Of a DNA stretch of 64,000 bases, positions 28,662-38,328 are shown one piece after another; within the stretch, counting starts at the first letter, position 1, and the number at the start of each line of letters is the position of its first letter. Origin of the DNA: Candidatus Spongiisociaceae bacterium (GTDB taxonomy: Bacteria > Actinomycetota > Acidimicrobiia > Spongiisociales > Spongiisociaceae); the NCBI GenBank assembly GCA_965262915.1, contig OZ253564.1:800001-864000 (forward strand). Direction: 5' to 3'. Made by a program: the position numbers and the translations under genes. The notes beneath the pieces are model-generated. The model made no database searches. It was not told the DNA's origin and was given only the letters and a program-made list of their open reading frames with translations.

Positions 28662-31013
28662 CTAGAGATCGCCGTTGGCGGCAAGCGCGAGCAGCGCGCT
28701 GTTGACCACCTGGTCCGCCTGGAGGCCGAACCGGTCGTACAACTCCTGGATGGTTCCCGACTCACCGAAGTCATCGACCCCTAAGGGGACCACCCGTTGC
28801 CCGTAGACGGATCCCAGCCAGGCCATCGCGTGCGAGGCGGCATCGTGCACGGTGACGATCGGGGCGCGCCGGAGTTGCGGGGGGATGAGTGCGGCCAAGT
28901 GGTGCTCGTCCACCGGCCGCCTTAGCTGCGACCGGGACTCGCGGAGGGTGCGGATCCAGCCGGTGTACAGGCGGTCGAGGCTGGTGAGCGAGAGCACCGA
29001 GGCACCGACACCTTCGGCCTCCAGCTCGTCCGCTGCGGCCAGGACTTCGGGCATGACCGACCCGCTCCCGGCCATGATCACGGGAACCAGGGTCGGGTCG
29101 GCCGGTGCTCGCAGCCGGTAGCCCCCGGCCACCACGTCGGCATGCAGGCGGTCCTCTCCTACCGATTCCAAGATCTCCCGGAAAGGTGCCTGGTCGATGG
29201 GCCGGGTGCCGAGGCGCAGGTAGGAGATGGCGCCGTCCGGGTCGGAGAGGCGGTGGAGGGCGTCGATGAGCAGCCATTCGAGCTCCTGGGCGTAGGCTGG
29301 TTCGGCGAACTCCACCCCCGGCAACTCCATCCCCACGGACGGGGTGATAGTCGACTGGTGGGCGCCGCCCTCTGGGGCCAGCGTGACCCCGGAGGGAGTG
29401 CCCACCACCACGAAGCGGCTGCCGTTGTAGGTGCCGTAGACGAAGGCGTCGAGGCCGCGGAGGACGAAGGGGTCGTAGACGGTGCCGATCGGCAGCAGCA
29501 TCTCGCCGTGGTGGTCATGCGAGAGACCCAACTGGCCGAGCAGCATGAACAGGTTCATCTCCGAGATTCCCAACTCTACGTGGTGGCCGTCGGGTCCCGG
29601 TTTCCAGCGCAGCAGCGTCTCGGCTGCCGAGTAGTCGGGCCGGTACTCGGGCGAGAAGACTCCGGCCTTGTTGATCCAGCCGCCCAGGTTGGTCGATATG
29701 GCTACGTCCGGGGATGCAGTCACCAGCCGCTCGGCCACTCCCTCGACGCCGGCAAGCCGTACCAGCACCCTCCCGAAAGCGTCCTGGGTCGATACCGGCC
29801 TGGCCGTTGCCCCGGCATGGGCGAACGTCCCGACCGTGGCGGGAAGGGGCAGCGCGGGTCGGGGCGGTGTGGGGAGGTTGTTGATCTCGCTCCCTACCCA
29901 CTCGCACAGCCGTCCGGCGGGAGTGTCGGGATCGAACCGATCCCATTCGGTCTCGGGGCTCAGCCCCGTGCGGGCGCGGAGATCATCGATCTGGATCCGG
30001 GTGAGGAGGGCCGCATGGTTGAGCGGATCGCCGGCGAAGGGCAGACCGTATCCCTTGACGGTGTAGGCGAACACGATACTGGGACGATCGGGCTCGGCGT
30101 CGCAGGCCCGGAAGCACCTGACCAGTTCCACCAGGTCATGTCCGCCGAGGTCGTGAACGACCGACGGGAGATCCTCGTCCCTCACCCCGGCGATGGTTTC
30201 CGCCACACCCCTGGCAGCGCCCTCCAGGAAGTGATCCCGCAGTTCGGAGCCACTCAGCCGGAAGAGGCTCTGGTAGTGCTCGTTGGACATACCGTCGATG
30301 TGGCGGCGCAACACCATGCCACCCGGGCGGTCGAAGAGTCCCTGGATGCGCCGCCCGTACTTGGCCTGGGTGACGTGCCAGCCGGCTGCTGCGAAAGCAT
30401 TGACCATCCGGCCCACCGCTATGTCCGGAACCACCCGGTCGAGGCTCTGGCGGTTGGCGTCCACCACCAGCATCACGTTGCCCAAGCCGGCCAGGGCCGG
30501 CTCGACTATCGCCTCCCAGACATTTCCCTCGTCCAGTTCCGCGTCGCCCACCAGCGCTATGAAGCGGGCCGGGTCCTGGGAGCCGAACTTGGTCTCGACG
30601 TAGCGGCGGGTGGCCGCCGAGAACAGCGGCGCCACCGCACCCAGGCCTACCGAGCCGGTCGAGAAGTCGGCCACGTCTGGATCCTTGGTCCGGGACGGAT
30701 AGGCCTGCAACCCGCCCAGGCGTCGCAGTCGAGTGAGATACGAGCGGTCCAACTCGCCGGTCAGATACTTGATGGCGTGGTACACGGGGGAGGCGTGGGG
30801 TTTGACGGCCACCTTGTCGTTGCCGCCGATATGGCTGAACCACAGAGCGGTCATGACCGACACCAGGGATGCGGACGAAGCCTGGTGTCCTCCCACCTTG
30901 ATCTCGGTGCTGCTGTCCCGGTTGACGTGGTCGACCATCCTTACAGCCAGCCAGAGCACCCGCTGTTCTATCTGTTTGAGCGTTTTCTCATCGACAGCAG
31001 GAAGCGTCATCAC
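28662..31013 (-). CDS. aceE: ThDP-dependent pyruvate dehydrogenase E1 (AceE)/transketolase-like enzyme
   Basis: KVGGHQASSAS, GLQAYPS, STGSVGLG, GDAELDEG, YTVKG, ELGISEMN, PSGVTLAPEGGAHQS, FGESG. Confidence 0.8.
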   Translation of the reverse strand: MMTLPAVDEKTLKQIEQRVLWLAVRMVDHVNRDSSTEIKVGGHQASSASLVSVMTALWFSHIGGNDKVAVKPHASPVYHAIKYLTGELDRSYLTRLRRLGGLQAYPSRTKDPDVADFSTGSVGLGAVAPLFSAATRRYVETKFGSQDPARFIALVGDAELDEGNVWEAIVEPALAGLGNVMLVVDANRQSLDRVVPDIAVGRMVNAFAAAGWHVTQAKYGRRIQGLFDRPGGMVLRRHIDGMSNEHYQSLFRLSGSELRDHFLEGAARGVAETIAGVRDEDLPSVVHDLGGHDLVELVRCFRACDAEPDRPSIVFAYTVKGYGLPFAGDPLNHAALLTRIQIDDLRARTGLSPETEWDRFDPDTPAGRLCEWVGSEINNLPTPPRPALPLPATVGTFAHAGATARPVSTQDAFGRVLVRLAGVEGVAERLVTASPDVAISTNLGGWINKAGVFSPEYRPDYSAAETLLRWKPGPDGHHVELGISEMNLFMLLGQLGLSHDHHGEMLLPIGTVYDPFVLRGLDAFVYGTYNGSRFVVVGTPSGVTLAPEGGAHQSTITPSVGMELPGVEFAEPAYAQELEWLLIDALHRLSDPDGAISYLRLGTRPIDQAPFREILESVGEDRLHADVVAGGYRLRAPADPTLVPVIMAGSGSVMPEVLAAADELEAEGVGASVLSLTSLDRLYTGWIRTLRESRSQLRRPVDEHHLAALIPPQLRRAPIVTVHDAASHAMAWLGSVYGQRVVPLGVDDFGESGTIQELYDRFGLQADQVVNSALLALAANGDL

Positions 31014-31687
31014 TGATCGGCGATGTAGGAGACGTAGATACGCCTGATGTCTCTGGCCGAGAGAATCATGCGATGAACCTCATCCGGAACCTCGGAAAGG
31101 TTGCCCTCAGTATCGAATATTGCTAGAGGCTTATCAAGGATAATATCACGGTTCGGATTGTCGTCAGGATCCGTATTGAACCAGGCTAGGTTGCCAGATA
31201 TGTAGCTTCTATCGTGTAGCTCACAGATGACAAAACGGACGGATAAATTCTTAGGTACATTAGCTTCGAAGGCATAATACCACCCGGACGTCTCAGCAAA
31301 GGCAGGAGCGAGGACTGGTGATAGGTAGCTAAGCGGCCATAGTTTATGTGCAAGGGCTGATAGTATGGAAGCACTGGATAGTAGGCCAATCAGCCAGGCA
31401 GTAACGTATAGGAGCCGCGAGTCGTCCAGTAGAATGTATGCATTCGGATCCCGTATCAAATGCGAGAGACTGGGAGAGTGGTCACTGACCAGTGGGATTA
31501 GCCGTACTACACCGTAGAAAACCAGTATTGTAGTATTGGCGACCGCGGCAACGACTATGAGTCCTGCTGCCTCCATTGTTCGAGATAACCGCCGTGTCGG
31601 AAAGCGCCGTTTCCTGAGGACGTAGTGAACATAACCAGGGATGAAAATGAGGATTGTTATCAGCAGCCCAGTCAGCGAACTAGGCAA
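31010..31687 (-). CDS. DUF6338-like membrane protein (AT-richer than flanks)
   Basis: LIFIPGY N-terminal TM motif, three TM helices, then W..F and beta-rich ELHDRSYISG...DIIL domain. GAGGAG RBS. Confidence 0.6.
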   Translation of the reverse strand: MPSSLTGLLITILIFIPGYVHYVLRKRRFPTRRLSRTMEAAGLIVVAAVANTTILVFYGVVRLIPLVSDHSPSLSHLIRDPNAYILLDDSRLLYVTAWLIGLLSSASILSALAHKLWPLSYLSPVLAPAFAETSGWYYAFEANVPKNLSVRFVICELHDRSYISGNLAWFNTDPDDNPNRDIILDKPLAIFDTEGNLSEVPDEVHRMILSARDIRRIYVSYIADQ

Positions 31688-31730
31688 CAGCCACTCCTCT
31701 GCCGATCACGTGTAGAGAGCGGGATTCGCC

Positions 31731-31910
31731 TCAGGTCCCGGTTCTGGGCGGGCGTATCGCGGTTACTAGGGCTCTCACAATGTCTGACGGGTCGGGTCGT
31801 TGCGAAATCGGCTTAGGAGGCGGAGGCGCGTTCTTCGGCGCCATGCCACCCGTCTCGATCACCTCGTATCGGTCTCGAACCCGGGCGTGAAACTTCTTCT
31901 TGCGGGCCAT
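31731..31910 (-). CDS. Small 59-aa basic/proline-rich protein (below ORF-track cutoff)
   Basis: MARKKKFHARVRDRYEVIETGGMAPKNAPPPPKPISQRPDPSDIVRALVTAIRPPRTGT*. TAAGCT -10 box 6 nt upstream (31917-31922). Confidence 0.5.
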   Translation of the reverse strand: MARKKKFHARVRDRYEVIETGGMAPKNAPPPPKPISQRPDPSDIVRALVTAIRPPRTGT

Positions 31911-31940
31911 GGTCCGAGCTTAGCAGAGCGCCGACGTAAC

Positions 31941-32017
31941 CCCCTACGAGAGACGTTGAGGCTGCTTCCGCCAGAGATGCATAATCTTCTCTGGCGGAAG
32001 GTCGTAGGGGACCCTAC
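31941..32017. repeat. Nested palindrome with GTAGGG/CCCTAC REP-like motifs
   Basis: 13-bp perfect IR CTTCCGCCAGAGA/TCTCTGGCGGAAG (31965-32000) inside CCCCTACGA/TCGTAGGGG. Confidence 0.55.
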
Positions 32018-32035
32018 CCGGTACACTTCAGGTCG

Positions 32036-33058
32036 ATGACGCAGGTGATGACCGTCAGGGGCCCGGTCGACGGCTCGGAACTCGGTGTGACGCTTTCCCA
32101 CGAGCACGTTCTGATCTCGATGGCCTACGCCTTCCCGGCCTCGGGTCCCGAGACCACCAGACCGATCACGATGGACCAGCTTGGCGTGCTGCGCAACGAC
32201 ATGATGCGCAACGTGAACACGATCACCCTCGACGAGTCCTCCGATCCGGTGGGAGAATTGACCAAGGCCCGTGAGGCCGGAGTGGACACCATCGTCGACC
32301 TGACACCCCCGGAGCTGAGCCGTAATCCGGTGGGTCTGGCCCGTATCTCCGAGGCGACCGGGGTCAACATCATCTGTGGCACCGGTCACTACCTGAGGCT
32401 GCAGCAGCCACCCGAGACCCGCCGGTTCATAGACGAGTCCCCACCCGAGGCGATTGCCGAGCCGATGATCCGGGACCTTACGGAGGGCATCGGCGACACC
32501 GGGATCCGGGCCGGAGTGATCGGTGAGATCGGCCTCTTCTCGCCGGTCCACCCCAGCGAGCTCAAGACCCTCGAGGCGGCCGTACTGGCCCACCGCGCCA
32601 CCGGCGCGCCGCTCTTCGTGCACCTGATGGAAGTGCCGATCGCCGAACATGCGTTGGAAGTGCTGGACCGGGTCGAGCCGGACTGGGACCGGGTGGTCTT
32701 TTGCCACATGGACTTCGACATCCGGGATCTCACCTGGCACCTCCGGGCTCTGGAGCGCGGCATCAACGTGGAGTTCGACTTCTTCGGGTCCACCTGGTGG
32801 CCGCACGAATGGTACCTGCACTTCCCGACCGACCCACAACGGCTGACTGCTCTGAGCCGCCTGGCGGACGAGGGTCATGCCGGGCAACTGCTGGTGAGCC
32901 ACGACGTGTGTACCCGCCTGCAGCTGACCGCCTACGGGGGATTCGGCTACGGGTACCTGCGCTCCGTGGTACCCGGGATGATCGATGCGCTTGGTCTCGA
33001 CCGGGAGCTGCTCGACCAGTTCATGGTCGAGAACACCCGCCGGATACTCACGGCGTAA
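32036..33058 (+). CDS. Phosphotriesterase-family amidohydrolase (tandem copy 1)
   Basis: SHEH, GVIGEIG, FVH, FCHMD, SHD, YGGFGY. Leaderless TACACT-N8-ATG start. Confidence 0.9.
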   Translation: MTQVMTVRGPVDGSELGVTLSHEHVLISMAYAFPASGPETTRPITMDQLGVLRNDMMRNVNTITLDESSDPVGELTKAREAGVDTIVDLTPPELSRNPVGLARISEATGVNIICGTGHYLRLQQPPETRRFIDESPPEAIAEPMIRDLTEGIGDTGIRAGVIGEIGLFSPVHPSELKTLEAAVLAHRATGAPLFVHLMEVPIAEHALEVLDRVEPDWDRVVFCHMDFDIRDLTWHLRALERGINVEFDFFGSTWWPHEWYLHFPTDPQRLTALSRLADEGHAGQLLVSHDVCTRLQLTAYGGFGYGYLRSVVPGMIDALGLDRELLDQFMVENTRRILTA

Positions 33059-33117
33059 TCGCCGGGATCCCTCCCGACTACTGGCTAGCCGGTGGGAGCG
33101 CGACGAGCACGCGCGGT

Positions 33118-33200
33118 AGGTTGAATCCCCTGCCGGATTCCGAGTCCCTGATGTGTATTCGTAACGGTGTTCCTGTTACCTGTCCGGAAGGATTCAACCT
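33118..33200. repeat. 83-bp inverted-repeat element between the PTE duplicates
   Basis: AGGTTGAATCC...CCGGA / TCCGGA.GGATTCAACCT outer stem with inner GTAAC..GTTAC hairpin. Confidence 0.55.
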
Positions 33201-33381
33201 GTGGTAGTCCCTTCGTAGGGCTTCGTGGTTCGTTTGCGTTGTATCTGCGGGTCATCGTTGCATCTAGCGGGAAACCGGTTCAAACGCTGTTGAAGGTCGA
33301 TGGTGTTGTAGTCATTCTCGCCGAGCGTACCGGGCGATGACACCCCTCATGCAACCCCGCAGTCTCATAGACTCGAAGCCG

Positions 33382-34404
33382 ATGGCTCAGGTGATGACGG
33401 TCAGGGGTCCGGTGGAAGACTCGCAACTCGGGGTGACGCTGTCCCACGAGCATGTGCTTATTTCGATGGCCTATGCCTTCCCGGCTACGAGTCCGGAGGC
33501 GACCAAGCCCATCACGATAGACCAGTTGGGTGTGTTGCGTAACGACATTATGCGCAATGTCAATGCGATCATCCTTGACGAATCCTGCGATCCCGAGGGG
33601 GAACTGATCAAGGCCCGGGAGGCAGGGGTGGACACCATCGTCGACCTGACTCCTCCCGAGTTGAGCCGCAATCCGGCGGGTCTGGCCCGTATCTCCAAGG
33701 CGACCGGGGTCAATATCATCTGTGGGACCGGTCACTACCTGCGGCTTCAACAGCGACCCGAGACCCGGCGGTTCATCGACGAGTCACCACCGGAGGCGAT
33801 CGCCGAGCCGATGATCCGGGACCTCACTGAGGGCATCGGGGACACCGGAATCCGGGCCGGGGTGATAGGCGAGATCGGCCTCTTCTCTCCTGTCCACCCG
33901 GGTGAGCTCAAGACCCTGGAAGCGGCCGTGCTGGCCCATCGCGCCACCGGGGCACCACTGTTCGTGCACCTTATGGAGGTACCGACCGCCGAATACGCCC
34001 TTGAGGTGCTCAGCCGCGTCGAGCCGGACTGGGAGCGGGTGGTGTTCTGTCACATGGACTTCGACATCCGGGATCTCACCTGGCACCGCCGCGCCTTGGA
34101 GCGCGGCATCAACGTGGAGTTCGACTTCTTCGGCTCCCCGTGGTGGCCCCACGAGTGGTACCTGCACTTCCCGACCGACCCGCAGCGGCTGACCGCCCTC
34201 AGCAGGTTGGCGGACGAGGGTTATGCCGGGCAACTGTTGGTGAGCCACGACGTGGCTACGCGCATACAGCTGACCGCCTACGGGGGGTTCGGCTACGGTT
34301 ACCTGCGCTCGGTGGTCCCCGGGATGATCGACGCCCTAGGCCTCGATCCCGCGTTGCTGGACCAGTTCATGGTCGAGAACACCAGGCGGATACTCACCGG
34401 ATAA
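33382..34404 (+). CDS. Phosphotriesterase-family amidohydrolase (tandem copy 2)
   Basis: Collinear and highly similar to 32036..33058. Leaderless TAGACT-N8-ATG start. Confidence 0.9.
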   Translation: MAQVMTVRGPVEDSQLGVTLSHEHVLISMAYAFPATSPEATKPITIDQLGVLRNDIMRNVNAIILDESCDPEGELIKAREAGVDTIVDLTPPELSRNPAGLARISKATGVNIICGTGHYLRLQQRPETRRFIDESPPEAIAEPMIRDLTEGIGDTGIRAGVIGEIGLFSPVHPGELKTLEAAVLAHRATGAPLFVHLMEVPTAEYALEVLSRVEPDWERVVFCHMDFDIRDLTWHRRALERGINVEFDFFGSPWWPHEWYLHFPTDPQRLTALSRLADEGYAGQLLVSHDVATRIQLTAYGGFGYGYLRSVVPGMIDALGLDPALLDQFMVENTRRILTG

Positions 34405-34723
34405 GTTAAGTACTGAGAACCACGAGCGATCAGGATATCCGCTTGATTGCCAAGCAACGGTCCGACCTCAAGGTCACGAAAAACCGTCCCGCAGACGCCC
34501 CCGCCGGGCCCACCCCCACCACCGCCTTTCCTGGGATCGGAACGCGATCTGCCGCTCCCGTGACGGGCGATTCGGTTCCGACACATAATCCCTCGGACGG
34601 TCGGATGACGTCCGGTCCGATGCCGCCTGGTGCTTGGTACCACTCATAGTGCGACATGGATGTGACAAGTTCAACCCCCTCGTGAGTTTGCGGCCTCCGC
34701 CGAGGGTGGGACAACCGCCCTTC

Positions 34724-35989
34724 CTAGGCAAGACCTCGGGCGGTCGAGACCTCATCTATGGCCTCCGACAGGCCGCTCAGCATCAGGTCGATTTCCGGCT
34801 CGGTGATGACGAAGGGCGGTGAAATCTGCAGGACGCCGTAGGCCCCCCGCAGGCCGATGGTGATGATTCCCCTCTTCAGGGCGGCCCGGACCACGGCGTC
34901 GAGGAGTCCCGGATCCTCCTGCAGGGCGTCCTCGGAGAGCACTACCGACGCCAGGAGCCCGGCGGCCCGGGTGTCGTCGACGACTGCATGCGAGGTTAGG
35001 TGGCCGACCTCTGAAGCCAGGAACGGATCGAGCTCCGCCACCCTGGCGACGAGGCCCTCCCTTTCGATGATGTCGAGGTTGGCCAGGGCGGCCGCGCACG
35101 AGGCGGCGTGGCCGGAGTATGTGTAGCCGTGGCGGAACATGGCCTCGCCCCTCCAGAACGGTTCCCGTATCCGTGGCGCGATCAGGATCCCTCCCAACGG
35201 GGCGTAACCCGATGTGACCCCCTTGGCGAAGGCGATCACGTCGGGGGTGAACCCGTAGTGCTGGGCGCCGAAGTCACGGCCCACTCGCCCGAATCCGGTG
35301 ATCACCTCGTCCGCTACCAGCAGCACGTCGTGGGCGCGGCACAGACGTTCGATCTCGGGCCAGTAACCCTCGACCGGGGGAACGACCCCTCCTGATCCGA
35401 TCACCGGCTCGCCGATGAAGGCGGCGATCCGGGTGGCCTCCCGTTCGAACAGTTCGGCTACCGCCCCGGTGTCGTGGGTGGGTACATGTACCACATGGGG
35501 TACCAGCGGCCCCCCGTACCCCTCGCTGTTGGAGGGGAGGCCCCCGAGCTCGGTACCCCACGCGTTCATGCCGTGATAGCTGAGCTCACGGGTCACGATT
35601 ATCCGTTTCTCGGGGTGGCCGACCGCGTTCCAGTACCGCCGGATCAGCTTGGCGGCGGTCTCTATAGCGTCGCTGCCGCCGGTGGTCATGAACACCACCG
35701 CGTCGTCGATGGGCGCCATCTCCGTCAGCCGGTCGGCCAGGTCCAGGGTCGGTGGGGTGGCCGTGAAGCCGAACGTGGAGTAGGCGGCCAGCTCGGCCAC
35801 CTGCTTGGCGACCGCGTCGGCGATCTCCTGGCGGCCATGCCCGACGTTGCAGTACCACAGCGAGGCAGTAGCGTCGAGGTACCGGCGGCCCTCCGTGTCG
35901 TAGATCCAGACCCCTTCGCCCCGGTTCATCACGATCTCGTTGCCGGGTACCTGGCTCATATCGGCGTACCCGTGCCAGAAGTTGGTCAT
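34724..35989 (-). CDS. Class III (omega-amine) aminotransferase
   Basis: YLDATASLWYCNVGHG, SYHG, FIGEPVIG, ADEVITGFGR, FAKGVTSGY, HGYTYSGH. Confidence 0.92.
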   Translation of the reverse strand: MTNFWHGYADMSQVPGNEIVMNRGEGVWIYDTEGRRYLDATASLWYCNVGHGRQEIADAVAKQVAELAAYSTFGFTATPPTLDLADRLTEMAPIDDAVVFMTTGGSDAIETAAKLIRRYWNAVGHPEKRIIVTRELSYHGMNAWGTELGGLPSNSEGYGGPLVPHVVHVPTHDTGAVAELFEREATRIAAFIGEPVIGSGGVVPPVEGYWPEIERLCRAHDVLLVADEVITGFGRVGRDFGAQHYGFTPDVIAFAKGVTSGYAPLGGILIAPRIREPFWRGEAMFRHGYTYSGHAASCAAALANLDIIEREGLVARVAELDPFLASEVGHLTSHAVVDDTRAAGLLASVVLSEDALQEDPGLLDAVVRAALKRGIITIGLRGAYGVLQISPPFVITEPEIDLMLSGLSEAIDEVSTARGLA

Positions 35990-37035
35990 GTCACCTCCAT
36001 GGTGAGAAGCCGTTTCGTATTCTCGACGAGGATCTTGTCGAGGGCGGTATCGGGGATCCCCGACTTACGCATCCGGGGCACCACCGTGTCGAGGATATGT
36101 CCGAACCCGTGGCCACCGTAAGCACGCAACTGGAACTTCATGCACATGTCGGTGGAGATGAGCACCTGGTCGGCCCAACCCCTCTCGACCAGGAAGGCCA
36201 CCCCGGCGATGCGGTCCCGGTCGGCCGGGAACTCCCAACCCCCGTATGCGTCGCTGCTCATCTCCAGACCAAAACAGTCGAGTTCGAGCGTTATGCCCCG
36301 GCTCAGCATCCGTTCCTCGTACTCGTGATCGAGGTCGCTCAGGTCCTGATGGCTGAGGATCACCCGGCTCAGGTCGGCGCCGGTCTCGGACAGGATGCCG
36401 GCCACCCGGTAGCACAGGTCCTCCCGGCCGAGCCCGAACGGAACATGGACGTTGACGGCCGCTCCGGTGGCCTGCTGGGCCAAGGCGGCTCCGCGGAGGG
36501 ACTTCTCCTCGGCGGGGGTGCCCGACTGGAAACCGATCTCACCGATTATCCCGGCCCGTATGCCGGTGGCGCCGAAGCCCTCCTTGACGTGGGTGATGAT
36601 CTCTGCGGCGATGCCCTCCTCCGAGAGATCCTCCATCCCAGGCGGGTGGCTCTCGTCGATGTAGTAGCCGGCGCCCAGGACCACGTTGAGACCGCTCTGC
36701 CGGGCGATCTCAGCCACCGTCTCCGGCTGGGGATCGAGACCCCGGGTGGTCAGATCGACCAGCGTGCGCCCACCGGCCGCCGTGAAAGGACGGAGTTCTT
36801 CCACGATCATTGCCGGGTCGTCCAGCAACAGGTTGTCCCGGTTGGTGTTGCAGTTGGCGACGATCCTCCAGCGGTTGTCGACGGTGAAGGGTTGGGCAGC
36901 CCGAGCCGCAGCTTCCGGGTCGGCCGGTTCCTCCAAGTACAAGGTGAGGTCGGCGATGAGGTGCTCGTGGGGGAGGGTGATCCCGGCCTCCTCGGGCGGG
37001 ACAGGTCCGAGAACCGTCTGGATGGCCGCCATCAT
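35986..37035 (-). CDS. Phosphotriesterase-family amidohydrolase (PTER-like)
   Basis: IQTVLGPV, PHEH, GIIGEIG, NVH, LSHQD, STD, YGGHGF. Overlaps the aminotransferase start. Confidence 0.9.
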   Translation of the reverse strand: MMAAIQTVLGPVPPEEAGITLPHEHLIADLTLYLEEPADPEAAARAAQPFTVDNRWRIVANCNTNRDNLLLDDPAMIVEELRPFTAAGGRTLVDLTTRGLDPQPETVAEIARQSGLNVVLGAGYYIDESHPPGMEDLSEEGIAAEIITHVKEGFGATGIRAGIIGEIGFQSGTPAEEKSLRGAALAQQATGAAVNVHVPFGLGREDLCYRVAGILSETGADLSRVILSHQDLSDLDHEYEERMLSRGITLELDCFGLEMSSDAYGGWEFPADRDRIAGVAFLVERGWADQVLISTDMCMKFQLRAYGGHGFGHILDTVVPRMRKSGIPDTALDKILVENTKRLLTMEVT

Positions 37036-37051
37036 CGGTGGTATCAGCCGG

Positions 37052-38242
37052 TCAGGCTGCGCTTCGGACGCTGATGGGAAGGCGCCAGAATCCGTGGAGT
37101 TCTCCCCTGGGCAGGATCATCGGTTCCACCTCGCCGCCGGTCGTGACCTCCCAATGGGGCAGGGCGGCCAAGGCTTCCTCCACGGCGACCTTGATCTCGA
37201 GACGGGCGAGCGCGGCGCCGAGGCACAGGTGCCGGCCCGTCCCGAAGGCCAGGTGCCTGGCTTTTCGTCCCAGCCTGAAGCGCAGGGGATCGGGATAGGT
37301 GCCGGCGTCGACGTTGGCACCTGCGTAGCACATGGCGACCGACGATCTCTTCGGGATGATGCAGCCTCCCATCTCGACATCGGCCGTGGTGTGCCGTCCC
37401 AGGAGCGTGACCGGGGCTCGCAGGCGGAGCAGTTCCTCGATGGCAAGGGTCATGTTCACCGACGGTCTGCGCAGCAATGTCTGGTCATCGGGATGCGTGC
37501 CCAGATGGTGCATGCTGTTGGCTATCCCGTTGACCGTCGTCTCCACCCCGGCCAGGTAGGCGAGCGATCCGAAACCCAGAACCTCCTCGTCGTTGAGCCT
37601 CCGGCCGTTTACGCGACTGCCCGCCAGGAACGAGAAGTAGCTGTGCGCTCCTCCCCGGTCGCCGGACATCCGGTCATGGACGTACTCCACCAGGCCGTAA
37701 CGGGATTGCTCGGCTATGTAGCGGTCGGCGGCCCGACCGATGAACGTCCCCTCCGCGTACTCCATGAACCGTTCCGCGTCGCTGATCGGGACCGCCAGGA
37801 ACCGGGCCAGCGCCTTCATGACGTACGGAAGGGCGAAATCCTGGACGGCGTCCCCACCTCCGGCGTCGGCCAGATCATGCAGCAACTGGCGGGCGTCATT
37901 CCGCAGATCCGGCTCGAGGGGCGCCACATGGTTACGCCCGAACCAGGGAGCTACCAGGGAACGGTACTTCGCGTGCTCGGGCGGATCGCTCCCTACCGGC
38001 AACTCGACTATGGCCGCCTCAGGCGGCCATTGGGCATGGATCGAGGACGCTTCGAGCCCCGCGGACGAGAAGTTGCGCCAGTCGAGGAGGGCGGCGCGAA
38101 CATCGGCGTAGCGGGTCAGTAGCCAGTAACCCCCCTTGGCGTTGGTGTGCAGGACGGGCTGTTCCCGGTGGATGCGGGTGAATACCTCGTGGGGGTTGAG
38201 GTAGAACGAGGGGTGATCGTGATCGAAGCCGGAAAGGTCCAT
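37052..38242 (-). CDS. Cytochrome P450
   Basis: SDPPEH, AGVETT I-helix, EELLR, heme motif FGTGRHLCLG. Leaderless TATGCT-N5-ATG at 38242. Confidence 0.9.
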   Translation of the reverse strand: MDLSGFDHDHPSFYLNPHEVFTRIHREQPVLHTNAKGGYWLLTRYADVRAALLDWRNFSSAGLEASSIHAQWPPEAAIVELPVGSDPPEHAKYRSLVAPWFGRNHVAPLEPDLRNDARQLLHDLADAGGGDAVQDFALPYVMKALARFLAVPISDAERFMEYAEGTFIGRAADRYIAEQSRYGLVEYVHDRMSGDRGGAHSYFSFLAGSRVNGRRLNDEEVLGFGSLAYLAGVETTVNGIANSMHHLGTHPDDQTLLRRPSVNMTLAIEELLRLRAPVTLLGRHTTADVEMGGCIIPKRSSVAMCYAGANVDAGTYPDPLRFRLGRKARHLAFGTGRHLCLGAALARLEIKVAVEEALAALPHWEVTTGGEVEPMILPRGELHGFWRLPISVRSAA

Positions 38243-38328
38243 GTAGCAGCATACCGAGATCGGCCCTGCGAGGGTCGGCCCGGCGTGCATTTTGTGCCCT
38301 TTATCCGTGGCGTAGTAGCCGCTCACCG

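Noticed and set aside
34405-34723. Intergenic 320 bp with small ORFs
   Set aside because: No motif, convincing RBS, repeat or stable structure identified
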